Shown: piece after piece, positions 50,669 to 61,585 of the stretch
How positions within the stretch are numbered: position 1 is the stretch's first letter
Layout: every line of letters begins with the position of its first letter
Source of the DNA: an uncultured archaeon
GTDB taxonomy: Archaea > Thermoproteota > EX4484-205 > JAAOZP01
Reading direction: 5' to 3'
Length of the DNA: 64,000 bases
Assembly (NCBI GenBank): GCA_938045545.1
Contig: CALIBN010000007.1
Coordinates: 64,001 to 128,000, forward strand
Notes under the pieces: model-generated
What the model saw: the letters and a program-made list of their open reading frames with translations, nothing else
Database searches by the model: none
Told to the model about the DNA's origin: nothing
Position numbers and translations under genes: made by a program

Positions 50669-51727
50669 ATGATTATCGGTGCATGGTTTCACCCTTCCGG
50701 TGTCAGAAGGGTTGAGAACTCGGGTTTTAGCGAGGCTGCGAAGACTGGTATTAACGCCGTCAGAACCTATAACTACGAACATTCTGAAAAAATTGCAGGA
50801 ATCATTAAGAAGCTGAATATGAGCCTGTACGCAGGGATATATGTAGATTCTGAAAATCTTCTGAAAGATTGGCATAATGAAATAAAGCAGGAACATATTC
50901 TGGGAACACATAAATTGAGCATTCCTTTAACTGCAATATGTTTGGGAAATGAACTTAGAGAATACATGAAGGGTGAACCGCCCAACTGGAAGTTTACGGG
51001 AAGATTAGCGTTCGCGCTTTCGAACTTAATCACTGCGACTAGGAAACTTATTCAGGAATATGGATTCAATACGCCAGTTACCTACGCTATGGAAGGATTT
51101 GGTTTAGATTTTGATGGGAAGATAAAAGAATGGGTTGTGCCGATTGTCGAAGCTGTCGACATATATTCTGTTAACTGCTATCCTATGGAGGCAAAGGACT
51201 GGTTCACGCTGGATGCTTTTGAACACAATAAGAGGTTTCTTACGGATGCTAGGGAAGCTAATTTAAGACTAGCCAGGTTTGAATTTATGCTTCGCAGTCT
51301 TTTGAACGAGCTTGAAAAGTACGATAAGCCCCTTATAATAAGCGAAACAGGTCTTCACGCTGGAGTTGGCTTTAGAGTGGTAAAGACGAAGGTAAAGGCG
51401 AAAACTAATAGCATTGAGACGCTGGATGGAAAGAAGATAATTCCTATTCAGGATACGAATAACTTTATGAGAGTCTATTTACAATTATCTGAAGTAATAA
51501 GTCGGGTCAACAGGGATTACTCGGGTAGAATACATGGCATATTCATATATGAGTGGAGGGACAACCCGTTTCACAGGAAAATAAAAAGTGAGAACAGCCC
51601 TGTACACGCATGTTTCGGTCTCTGTTATGTCGATGGAACTCCAAAATTCGAGATTTCTCGGGTGATGTCAATCCTGAGAGGAGAGAAAAAGAATCAAACT
51701 CTACAAATCAATGGCTTAAGCCATTAA
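50669..51727 (+). CDS. Clan GH-A TIM-barrel glycoside hydrolase (GH17-like)
   Basis: GINAVRTY, acid/base LGNE, SVNCYP and nucleophile IISETG. No signal peptide. Confidence 0.65.
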   Translation: MIIGAWFHPSGVRRVENSGFSEAAKTGINAVRTYNYEHSEKIAGIIKKLNMSLYAGIYVDSENLLKDWHNEIKQEHILGTHKLSIPLTAICLGNELREYMKGEPPNWKFTGRLAFALSNLITATRKLIQEYGFNTPVTYAMEGFGLDFDGKIKEWVVPIVEAVDIYSVNCYPMEAKDWFTLDAFEHNKRFLTDAREANLRLARFEFMLRSLLNELEKYDKPLIISETGLHAGVGFRVVKTKVKAKTNSIETLDGKKIIPIQDTNNFMRVYLQLSEVISRVNRDYSGRIHGIFIYEWRDNPFHRKIKSENSPVHACFGLCYVDGTPKFEISRVMSILRGEKKNQTLQINGLSH

Positions 51728-51858
51728 TATTTAGTCCAGCTCCTCTGTAAATGCCATAAGAATAGCATGTTGATGTAAAAAGTTTTAGACTCTGAAGACT
51801 CTAGATTTTTCAAAAGTTTATATCCACTAGTTTAGCGAGGAGTCTGAAGCCAGTCATT

Positions 51859-53053
51859 ATGAACCTCCAAAGTGGAAATATTGCGGGAAAAACTCGCATT
51901 AAACCATTACTCGTCATATTCGCCTACAACATACTGTTCATGGCTGCATCCGGGCTTTTAGTACCGGGTACTCCACTATATCTTTCTACGAACGGTTTTG
52001 ACGGGGGCTCCGTCAACCTGCTACTGTCCTCCATAGCAGTATCAAGCCTCATAGGGCAGGTGGCATGGGGATACTTGTCTGACAAGGCTATGGACAGGTT
52101 GTTTTTCCTGAAGCTTGGAACCGCGGGCTACGCGCTCGGATACTTGGCTATAGTTTTGCTAAAGAATAGGCTTGCCCTCGCAATTCTACTCGTTGCAACG
52201 AGCTTTGTAGGTTCAGCGTCATACCCGGCTGCAATGGCGCTCCTGTCAGAAACCTCTTCTACCAAGAACCGTGGCAGGTCGATGGGCGTTTTTTTGGTCA
52301 GCCGCCTCCCTGGGTTGGGCCATTTCAGTCGCGTTCACAGGATTCGTAATAAACGAGTTGGGTGGAGGATACTTTTTCGGCCTCTGTTCACTCCTCTATT
52401 CTGCTTCACTCGCCCTCGTCCACCTGTTTTTAAGGATTGAAGACAGGCATGCTTCAGACGATAAGAGGAGTAGAGGGGTTTCTTTGAGCTCCCTCTTCAG
52501 ACTGGGAACACCTTTTCTAGCGTTTCTCTCCGGAAGCATTATCTTCTTCATGGCTGATTTCGCGAAAAATGTGTACGTGCTGATGTTCTACGCTTTTGAG
52601 CTGGGGCTTGGCATGGTAACAGCCACGCTGCTTCTGAGCCTCACCAGCTGGCTTGAGATACCGGTCAACGTGATCTTCGGATACCTCTCGGATATGCTTG
52701 GTCGAAAAACCGTAGTGCTGGTTGCATACGTGCTGTGCAGCGCCTACATGTTCATCAATTCCATGGTCAGCGGTTTTGAGGGGGCTCTGCTTACCATGGC
52801 TTTCTACGGCTTTGTCTGGGGTGCTTTTTCAGGAGCGAGTTCAGCATTTGCCTCTGAACTTGTCAATGAAGATAAAAAGGGTGTTGCTCTAGGCCTTTTC
52901 AACTCTTCTTGGAACATAGCGAGTATGCTCGCCCTAGTGTCGATCGGAATGCTTAGCCAAGCCTACGGGTATCGGTTAATGTTCAACACCATGGGCGTCT
53001 TAATGCTCCTAGCGTGCCTCATCATCATCTTCGGGATACGGGGCAGAGCTTAA
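51859..53053 (+). pseudogene. MFS transporter with a +1 frameshift in a T7 run (52289-52295)
   Basis: The N-half has GYLSDK...RGRSMGVF and the C-half has WSAASLGW...GYLSDMLGRK. Six Ts would restore the frame. Confidence 0.75.
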
Positions 53054-53057
53054 CATT

Positions 53058-53786
53058 CTAAGTATATTTCAACTCTTCTAGCTTCCGTTCAACCAGTTTA
53101 ACCAGATGGTCTACAATTATGTCTACAGCCTTTCTTCCAAGCTCCCTTGAGGAAACCGCCTTAATGTCCTCTTTCCACTCCCAAACCGGGTTTTCACGAT
53201 AGTAGTTGTACGGTGCATCAGGGTAAGTGTGCACCTTAATCTTTCCAGGCTTGAACTCCTCGAGTGCTGTAAGCTGAGGATACATGTACCAGAACATGGA
53301 TGTCTCCCACTTGCCAGCGTGGTCCGCGGGCACTTCTCCATCAATCTCGACACCCTCATACTCGGGTTGGACGATAACACAGGCATCCGGATAGCACCTG
53401 TTGAAATCCTCCGCCACCCCTTTAAGACAGTCGACCTGGCAGGGACCATAGTGGCCCGTAACAACAAGTATTAGCTTTGCACCAACCTTCCTCAATTGTT
53501 CAAAGAGCTCCCAGAAGAGTGTTCGAATCAACCCGTCGCTGAAGGTTAGGGTTCCAACATACGTTGAAAAGCCGGGTCTCCCCCAATAGTTGGGTGGAAG
53601 AACTATTCCTCCCCCAAGCTTTTCAGCAACCCGTAGACATATGCCGTAGGCCTTCAACGCATCCTGCCCAAGGGGAAGATGGTCACCGTGCCATTCGAGA
53701 AGACCTGTTGGAACTATGAAAACAGGCATCTTTCCAATTGCTTCCAGAAACTCTTTCGGAGTCATTTCCTCATACTTTATTTTCAT
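53058..53786 (-). CDS. Creatininase family amidohydrolase
   Basis: PTGLLEWHGDHLPLGQD, TGH and DHAGKWETS. Confidence 0.85.
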   Translation of the reverse strand: MKIKYEEMTPKEFLEAIGKMPVFIVPTGLLEWHGDHLPLGQDALKAYGICLRVAEKLGGGIVLPPNYWGRPGFSTYVGTLTFSDGLIRTLFWELFEQLRKVGAKLILVVTGHYGPCQVDCLKGVAEDFNRCYPDACVIVQPEYEGVEIDGEVPADHAGKWETSMFWYMYPQLTALEEFKPGKIKVHTYPDAPYNYYRENPVWEWKEDIKAVSSRELGRKAVDIIVDHLVKLVERKLEELKYT

Positions 53787-53904
53787 GGGGTTTTAATTTC
53801 AGGGTTCGACTTAAATTTTTAATACTGTTCTAAAGCGGTGTAAAGGGTTCCAAACCATTGTCGCTAATAACTATATAGCTTTAAATAAATCCTCATGCTA
53901 GCGT

Positions 53905-55062
53905 GTGAAAGGTGAGAAAATGGGGGATAAGAAGGTGAAGTGTGGTGTTGTAGGATGTGGAGTTATCGCCAACGAAGCCTATTTTCCAGCGATAATTGAG
54001 AAGGGCGAGCTGGTTGCGACATGCGACAGGATTGAGAAGAGGGCTAGGAGAAGCATGGAGCTGTGGGGTGCTAAAGAATATTATACGGATGTTGACGAGA
54101 TGCTTAGGAAATCAGACATAGACGCTGTTTTCATACTTTCAGGCATGGGGATGCATGCGGATCATGCGGCAAGGGCGGCGAAAGCTGGAAAACACGTTTT
54201 GGTTCAGAAACCGTTAGCGACTAACATGAGGGATTTGAGGAAAGTTTTCAACGCGGTTAAGAAAGCACGTGTCAAGGCGCTTGTCGAGCCAAATGTTCAG
54301 ATGAATCCGCTGTACTTAAGGGTTAAAAGCGTACTGGAGGAGGGAAGTATAGGCGAGGTCTACTGGTTTAGAGCTGGACTGGGAAGAGGTGCACCAATTT
54401 GGGGGGAGGAGACTTTTTTCACCAAGCAAGCCGGAGGCCCTCTTTTCGACCTCGGTGTATACCAGATAGCTGCACTAACCTTTCTCCTGGGCCCCGCCTC
54501 GTCGGTAGCAGGCATGGCAAAGCTATCTATACCGGATAGGTTCATTGTTCCCGATGAGTTTTTCACCGAGCATCTCTCCCATAAGCCTTACGAGTCATTT
54601 TGGCCGAAGCTTGCAACCGTTAAGCCGGCTAGACGGATAAGGATGGAGGCTGAGGATAACACGTTCACACTGCTCAACATGAAAAGCGGAAGCCTGGGGT
54701 GTGTTATCGCGAACTTCGTAACTCCCGACGGTCTCAGGACAGGTATTGGGAACATGCCTGACATAGAGATATACGGCAGCGAGGGTGCCATACTCGTAGG
54801 CGGGCCGGCGGCAATATCCATCATAACGAAACGCAAGGAAAGCAAGTACTACTCGCCAGATGGCTGGTACTGTATACCTAAGCAGGATTTTCCGCCTTGG
54901 AACTATTATAAGGCTTCCACTGAACACTTTTTCGACTGCATATTGAACGATAAAGAGCCCCTGCCGAGTTTAAAATGGGGCATGCACGTCAGCGAAATAA
55001 TGATAAAGTCGATACAGTCTTCGAGAACAGGCAGTCGCCTAAGTGTTTCCTCAACCTTCTGA
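53905..55062 (+). CDS. Gfo/Idh/MocA family NAD(P)-dependent oxidoreductase (start may be 53920)
   Basis: GVVGCGVIA, AGKHVLVQKP, GGPLFDLGVY and EIYGSEG. Confidence 0.88.
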   Translation: MKGEKMGDKKVKCGVVGCGVIANEAYFPAIIEKGELVATCDRIEKRARRSMELWGAKEYYTDVDEMLRKSDIDAVFILSGMGMHADHAARAAKAGKHVLVQKPLATNMRDLRKVFNAVKKARVKALVEPNVQMNPLYLRVKSVLEEGSIGEVYWFRAGLGRGAPIWGEETFFTKQAGGPLFDLGVYQIAALTFLLGPASSVAGMAKLSIPDRFIVPDEFFTEHLSHKPYESFWPKLATVKPARRIRMEAEDNTFTLLNMKSGSLGCVIANFVTPDGLRTGIGNMPDIEIYGSEGAILVGGPAAISIITKRKESKYYSPDGWYCIPKQDFPPWNYYKASTEHFFDCILNDKEPLPSLKWGMHVSEIMIKSIQSSRTGSRLSVSSTF

Positions 55063-55124
55063 AAAACGTGAGACCAGAATGCGGCGTGAAAAGCGTATGC
55101 GTCAAAGGATGTAACATTTGGCTT

Positions 55125-55915
55125 TCAGTATTTTTCTAAGAATGCTTTACCCCGTTTAATAGACTCTACAACATCTATGCCTGTTTCATCCTGATCGCAA
55201 ACCATCCTGAGTAGTTTACTGATTTAAGCGTGCTTATATAGTCATCCCAGGGCACAAGGCCTTCGCCGACTGTTGCACGCTTCGTAACTGGGTTATAGTC
55301 CTTGGCATGAGTATGCACGATCCATGGGGCAAGGGTTCTCACACCCTCAACCACGCCATACTTAAGCATGTTGGCCGGATCATAGTTTACCTTTAGCCCT
55401 TCCCTTCCAACATCCTCCAGAAGACTTGTGAGGACTTCAGCCGTCTCCTCACCGTCTCTATGCAAAACACAGCTCCAACCTGCTTAGTGTGTCTCGATTG
55501 TGTCTTGCATGAGTCAAGCATAACTGCATACTTTTCGCTTGAAATTTGCAGAGCCCGTGTCTGAGGCAAGCTCAACCCTCATGGTTTTTTCAATCCTCTT
55601 CTCAAGGCTCCTTGGATCGCTGAGAGCGGAACCAGGCCACGGCATGCCGGGTTCCATAGGTCCAGTGAGTTGAGCACAGAACCCGGTTATCTTAAGCCCA
55701 TAGGATTCCACGATCTCCTTAACCCTTCTTCTATCACTGCCTACGCGCCTATCTGGATCCAAGAAGCAGGGTTCCGAGGGAGAGTAGTCTACGCACCAGA
55801 GTTGAACACCCCGAACCCCGATTTCTCTCGCTGTTTCAAGAACATTCTTAAACTCGGTCTCGTTCCTAGTTGGCCCTAACGACCATAATGCTAAACCTAT
55901 CTTCAAGCCCCCCAT
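55125..55915 (-). pseudogene. Interrupted sugar phosphate isomerase/epimerase
   Basis: GVRGVQL...FCIET/EETAE...NYDPANM...HTHAKD...GEGLVPW...AI/EDETG, spread over several frames with an apparent internal deletion. Confidence 0.75.
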
Positions 55916-56078
55916 AGTTCATCTCGTCTTAGCTTTTAAAGGATATTAATCTTTCCCAAGTTTCTAACCGCTAATTTTTTCAACGGAAATTACAAGGGGG
56001 TGATACAGCTCTTCCAAGCTTAGATAAACATTTAAGGATAATGCTCTTACTTAAAATTGAAGGGCGGAGGAAGCGGGG

Positions 56079-57509
56079 ATGAGTGAAAAGGAGTATCTTT
56101 ACCAGGAGCGGTTAAAACGCTACTTGACTGCTATGCGTAACGAGAAACCTGATTGCATTCCAATTCGACCTTTTGTAGCTGAGTTTACTGCAAAGTACGC
56201 TGGCTACACTTGTCAAGAGGTGACGCATGACTACAGGAAGGCTTTTGACGCTGTTTTGAAGTGTGCTAGGGATTTCGACTGGGATGCGATGGTCCCCAAC
56301 ATGGTATATGTTTGGACAGGCCTTACTCAGGCCCTTGGCCTGAAATACTACGCTATACCAGGTATCCACATCCCTCCTGACACGGCATTCCAGTATCTTG
56401 AGCCGCCTGAGCAGAAAGCGTTCATGAAGCCTGAAGAATATAACATGCTGATAGATGATCCGACAGCGTTTCTTTACACCGTCTGGTTGCCCCGCGTCTC
56501 CAGCGAGATTTCTAGAGACGGGTTTCAATCCCCGTATCGAACCATGCTTGCTCTCGTGAAAGGGGCTATGGCGATGAGCGATTATTTTAACGCTTTTGGG
56601 CCTCAGGTTGAGAGAATGAGGAGGGAGGCTGGGACTGTTTCCGCCATAGCGGGCATTCTCAAGGCCCCGCTTGACATTATCGCCGACAAGCTCCGCGGAT
56701 ATGTTGGTTTAGCTAAGGATCTTCATAGGCAGCCTGAGAAAGTGCTTGAAGCATGTGAAGCCCTCGCCCCGCATTTGACTCAGGTTGCTCGGATGACTGC
56801 CGACCCGGAGAAAAAGGTTCCAATAGGCTTCTGGATGCATCGCAGCGCGGTGCCGTTCATCAGTATGAACCATTTTTCGAATATTCACTGGCGCACGCTG
56901 AAACCAATTATTGAGGAGCTCTGGTCCCATAGGCTGAGAGTGCTTTTCTACGCGGAGGGGGACTGGACCCCGCATCTAGACAGTTTCGCCGAATTGCCTG
57001 AGGGCAGCATAGTCTTCCATATTGACAGGAGCGATGTTTTCGAGGCCCATAGGAAGCTGGGTCGCAAGTTCTGTCTAAGCGGGGGGCTGCCTAACTGGCT
57101 GCTGAACCTTGGAACACCAGACGAGGTGCGCCGCTACTGTAAGAAAATCATCGACAGTATTGCCTCGGACGGAGGGTATATCATGGATGCGTCAGCCATA
57201 ATTCAGAACGATGCTAAGGTCGAAAATGTGAAGGCGATGACTGATTTCACCCGCAGCTACGGGAAGTATGGGGAGAGAGGTTTTGAAGGTTTAAAGAATC
57301 GCCGTCAGGATTTGGGGGAAGCTGGCGAGTGCAAGCCGGCAACAGGCCTTAAGAATCTAAAAGTTAAACCGGGATCCTGCGTTCCGTGGGATGAGAAGCG
57401 CAAGGAGATCGAAAGGGTTTCTGGAGACGAGGACCTATTAAAAAGAGTCTGGGAGGAAATCGACTCACTCGGATACCTGTTCATCTGGCAAGTGTTGTTG
57501 TCCTTCTAA
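56079..57509 (+). CDS. Long UROD/MtaA superfamily protein
   Basis: ERLKRYLTAMRNEKPDCIP, APLDIIADKLRG, CLSGGLP, GTPDEV and DGGYIM. Confidence 0.8.
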   Translation: MSEKEYLYQERLKRYLTAMRNEKPDCIPIRPFVAEFTAKYAGYTCQEVTHDYRKAFDAVLKCARDFDWDAMVPNMVYVWTGLTQALGLKYYAIPGIHIPPDTAFQYLEPPEQKAFMKPEEYNMLIDDPTAFLYTVWLPRVSSEISRDGFQSPYRTMLALVKGAMAMSDYFNAFGPQVERMRREAGTVSAIAGILKAPLDIIADKLRGYVGLAKDLHRQPEKVLEACEALAPHLTQVARMTADPEKKVPIGFWMHRSAVPFISMNHFSNIHWRTLKPIIEELWSHRLRVLFYAEGDWTPHLDSFAELPEGSIVFHIDRSDVFEAHRKLGRKFCLSGGLPNWLLNLGTPDEVRRYCKKIIDSIASDGGYIMDASAIIQNDAKVENVKAMTDFTRSYGKYGERGFEGLKNRRQDLGEAGECKPATGLKNLKVKPGSCVPWDEKRKEIERVSGDEDLLKRVWEEIDSLGYLFIWQVLLSF

Positions 57510-57520
57510 GCATCGGATTC

Positions 57521-60268
57521 CTATTGGTTAACCGCTGCGTAAAGTTTTTCTGAAAACATCATGTCAACCAGCGAGCAGAAAAGCGCGGTTGAAACAGGGT
57601 CTTTAACCAGGTTTTTCATGAGCCTGAAGGTACATAGGACTGCAATCCCTGCTCCAATCTTCACTGGAAGTATTGTGGCCGCGGGCTCCCGAATCCAGCC
57701 GACGAAAACTCCTCCGAAAGCGCTCCTAGAATTTCTAGGGTTCAACCCCTCTAAAACCATGCTGGGGATGCACTCTATAAACGGCATTCCTAAGTGACCC
57801 TCGTAGAAAAGCCTGTTTGCAACATCCTTCTTAAGCCAGAGGAATGCTGTACACCAGTCTCCCCAGCGACCCTTTTCTCCTCTCTCAACTAAGCGTAAAC
57901 CACCGAATATTATGGAGCCTGCTTCAGACTCTTCAAGGAGAAAGAGCACCCTACCCCCTTTCTCAGCAAATTTTAAAGCATTCTCATTAACTCCCAGAGA
58001 CACGGCTACACTGGATTCACCGGGCTCAACAATGGTTAAACCTATTTCCCCAATCTTCTCCAACATGCTTGCGTCAGCCCCGAACACGATAATCCTCCTA
58101 CTAGTCTTGACGGACCAAGCTGGAAGTACAAGAACTTCCTGATAGTTTCGACAGACCTCTCTCCCATCATTGTCGAGCAGCCTAGCCCATACTGTCAGCT
58201 TTCCCGGCTCGCCTATTTCTGGAATCCTGAAACACGCCTCACCCGCCTCAACGCAGCAGGCCCTCTCAACACCCGTCAGCTTCAAAACTCCGCCAACCGG
58301 AATGTTTTCGACCCACCATTCGACAGCTTTCGGCTCAATGGCTGAAAATCTAGAAACGTGGATTTTTACCTTCGCTTCCTCGCCCTCAATATAGCTCCAT
58401 TTTCCGGGCCTTATTACGACGACATCCTGCGCTTGAAAGAATCTCAGGAAACGGTGTAGAATCTTCTCCCCCCTACACATATCCATGAGTCCATTGCTCT
58501 CACTGTTCAAGTCTGTAAACTGCGTTATGACGTAGCCAACTATCTCTGGGTGAAGCCTCATTGTTTCAACCTCGAACTTTAGGGAGTCAAGCTGATGTTT
58601 TTGAGCGGCTTCTGCAAGCTTCTTCAACGAGCCGTAAGCCTCATCCAGCCCCAGCCTGAAGAACTCGTTAATACCCGTGCGAACCGGCCCCCCGTAGCTC
58701 GCCTGATTAAACCAGTACGGGTCCCTCCAATCATAGTAGCGGAGAACCTCCTCAACATCAGGAAGCCCCCAGTTGCCGAACTCTGAAACCATCAAGGGTT
58801 CTAAACCCCTTCTCTCAGACTCTGGGAACCTAAAAGTCCAAGCGGGGTGTTTAGAAAAATCCTCCACCCAGTCTTCGAACTCTCGAGCATGATCGGGTAT
58901 CGCCTTATAGACATGCTGGTCCTCAATATCGCTCACAACATGCCCCGCGTTCGCAGGAGAATTGTCAACCACAAGCCTGGTGGGGTCGAGCCTTTTAACC
59001 AAGTGCCACATCTCCTTAAGCCACCTTCTCGCCTCCTCCTCTTCGGCAAGCGGAACACCCCACTCCTCATTCACCAGACACCAGCAGAAGACTGACGGAT
59101 GGTTAAAATCCCTCCAAACCCATTCTTCAAGCTCCCTCCTCATCCTTTCCCTCGCCTCAAAGGTGAACCTGTAGAAGCTCGGAAAATCTATCCAAAGCAT
59201 GATTCCAATCCTGTCGGCCCATTCAAGATAATTCTGACAAGGGATCTTGATATGGGTCCTCAGAAAATTAAGCCCCAGTTCCTTGGCTTTGAGAAACTGG
59301 TTGCGAAGCATCTCTTCTGAAGGCGTGCCATATATTACGTCCGGGTAGAAATCTTGGTCGAGCGCCCCCATAAGGTATAGGGGCTCGCCGTTAAGGAGAA
59401 TCCTGTTCTCACACACCTCAACCTTTCTCATGCCGAAATCTACGAAACAGGCGTCTTCAACCCCTTCCCCGGAGAGAACGATTTCAAGCCTGTATAGGAA
59501 GGGAGAATCTGGAGACCATAGTCTCATCCCCCGAATAGGTATTTCAACGTCGTAAACAGACTCGCCTTTAACCACTTTGAAGACTTTTTCTTCCCCGCTT
59601 GGAGAAACCTTAAGAGTTAATCTAAGACCATCCTCAGGAGCCTCGTCAACGTGGGAAAGAATTATGCGAACCCTAATTCTTGAATTATCAACCTCCGGCA
59701 CTATGAACGCTGAATGCACGTAAATCCTTCCCCTGACGAGGAGGCTGACTCCCTGCCATAGGCCGCCAATATTGCAGTAGTGAGACTGCTTACCGTTAGG
59801 GATTTCAGAGCAATCCTGAGGGTCGTAAACCCTAACCATAAGCTCGTTCTCCTCGTCGAATTTCACGATGCCTGTTACGTCGAATTCAAATGGAGTATAG
59901 CCTCCCTCATGGGAGCCAAGCTCAACGCTGTTCAACCATACTTTAGCCTCGTAATCAGCAGCGTCAAATCGGAGGATGATCCTCTTACCCGCCAGCATGC
60001 GTGGAATTCTAAATCTACGCCAATACCATGCAACCCCGTCATAATTTATAAGGTCTGGGAACTGTGCCTCCCAAGGTAAGCCTGCCCTTGCTTTTCTCAC
60101 ATCCCTGACGGAGCGAACACTCTCCGGAGTAAGCTTTCCCTCAGGGTCAACAGCGAACATCCAGTCTTCATTAAGAATAATAGTATGTTTAACGGAAAGC
60201 TTAACGTTTGACGCAAAGCCTTCGACTCGACTCCCCATTTCCCAGCTTCCCGTAAGCAAGCCGGTCAT
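57521..60268 (-). CDS. GH2 glycoside hydrolase (beta-galactosidase/glucuronidase/mannosidase-like)
   Basis: YDGVAWYWRRF, HEGGYTPF, WSPDSPFLY, RTHIK, acid/base WCLVNE and nucleophile VSEFG. Confidence 0.88.
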   Translation of the reverse strand: MTGLLTGSWEMGSRVEGFASNVKLSVKHTIILNEDWMFAVDPEGKLTPESVRSVRDVRKARAGLPWEAQFPDLINYDGVAWYWRRFRIPRMLAGKRIILRFDAADYEAKVWLNSVELGSHEGGYTPFEFDVTGIVKFDEENELMVRVYDPQDCSEIPNGKQSHYCNIGGLWQGVSLLVRGRIYVHSAFIVPEVDNSRIRVRIILSHVDEAPEDGLRLTLKVSPSGEEKVFKVVKGESVYDVEIPIRGMRLWSPDSPFLYRLEIVLSGEGVEDACFVDFGMRKVEVCENRILLNGEPLYLMGALDQDFYPDVIYGTPSEEMLRNQFLKAKELGLNFLRTHIKIPCQNYLEWADRIGIMLWIDFPSFYRFTFEARERMRRELEEWVWRDFNHPSVFCWCLVNEEWGVPLAEEEEARRWLKEMWHLVKRLDPTRLVVDNSPANAGHVVSDIEDQHVYKAIPDHAREFEDWVEDFSKHPAWTFRFPESERRGLEPLMVSEFGNWGLPDVEEVLRYYDWRDPYWFNQASYGGPVRTGINEFFRLGLDEAYGSLKKLAEAAQKHQLDSLKFEVETMRLHPEIVGYVITQFTDLNSESNGLMDMCRGEKILHRFLRFFQAQDVVVIRPGKWSYIEGEEAKVKIHVSRFSAIEPKAVEWWVENIPVGGVLKLTGVERACCVEAGEACFRIPEIGEPGKLTVWARLLDNDGREVCRNYQEVLVLPAWSVKTSRRIIVFGADASMLEKIGEIGLTIVEPGESSVAVSLGVNENALKFAEKGGRVLFLLEESEAGSIIFGGLRLVERGEKGRWGDWCTAFLWLKKDVANRLFYEGHLGMPFIECIPSMVLEGLNPRNSRSAFGGVFVGWIREPAATILPVKIGAGIAVLCTFRLMKNLVKDPVSTALFCSLVDMMFSEKLYAAVNQ

Positions 60269-60473
60269 GCTTAACTGAAAGGTTAAACAGACATTTAAAA
60301 ATTACTTTCCTCCATGTAAATCTTTAACATAAACTGGGGAAGATTTTAAGCCAAGCCTGCATATCCTTACGATTTGGCGTTCTCAACACATCGTGCTTTA
60401 ATGCAGCCTGTTTTCCATTTCAACTTAAAACAGTCATGCTTAAATATTGTTTAACGAATCAGAATCTGGTGTA

Positions 60474-61585
60474 ATGGAGCTTGAGGCTCTGGATGTTTGG
60501 AATTCCAAGGCTCGAATACGCTGACTTCCTTCTTGAAAAAGGTTTTAAAGATATTGTTGTTAGTTATGATCCGGGGCTGGTCAAAGGATTACGGGATAAG
60601 GGCTTTTCGGATTGACAACGAGTTTCGAGATCCGAAGTTTCTAGCGGAGGACCCGTATGGTAGGAAGAACATATGGTTTGGATCTGGATGCCCTAATAAT
60701 CCTGACATAAGGCGTAAGACACTCCAGCAGGTTTCCGAGATCCTTGAGAAACATGATGTCAGCAGCATTTTGCTTGACGGAATCCGATTTGCATCTGTGG
60801 GCAGTGGGATTGAGGCTTTCGCGACGTGTTTCTGTGAAAATTGTAGGAATAAGGCTGAGGAATACGGCTATCGTTTTGAAGAGATGAAGCAGTCGGTTGA
60901 AAAAATGCTCAATGCTTTCCACGATTTTAAACAGGCTTGGGAGGTTTGCAAGCATACCGTTCTTCCCCAGTAGGTTTCATGGATCTTGTCACAGAGGGGC
61001 GTGGCCTGTTTGATTGGCTTGAGTTTCGAGAACGCAGTGTTGTGGAGTTCATAATAAGTTAGAAACATGATCAAGTCGTACAGTAGGAAGACTGGCCTTG
61101 GTGCCTACGTTTTCACTCCTTCACTAGCCTTTCTGGTCGGCCAGAACTACCGGAAGTTTTGGCGCTACCTGGATATCGTTAAACCCATGGTTTACAGGAA
61201 GGGGCGTGGTGTCGCCTGCCTAAACTTTGAACTGGCTAAACTCGCTGAAGACTTGCTCCGTTGGAATCCATGGCTGGCTGAGGCTGAGCTTATAGACATG
61301 CTCTACCGGATTTTCGGCTTCCGAGGAGAGGAGTATCCTCTAAGCGTCAATAGGCTGTTTGAAGATTGCCTACCCGTATCTGTGCTTAAAGTCGAGTTTC
61401 AAGCCGCTAAAAAGCTAATAGCGGGCAGGAGCGAGCTTCACCCCATTACAATGCTGGACGACCCGCAAATCGAACAGGCTGTTAAACTCGCTACAGAAAC
61501 AGGATTGGATGGGATCGACTTCTTTTCCTTCCGAGAGGAGGAGAAAAACAGGATTAGCAGGATTTCGGAGGCAATTGGGAAATGA
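60474..61585 (+). pseudogene. Interrupted GHL10/DUF187-like TIM-barrel protein (paralog of the next gene)
   Basis: GCPNNP, LLDGIRF, TCFCENC, then LFDWLEFR and GQNY...IVKPMVY in different frames with stops. Confidence 0.7.
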
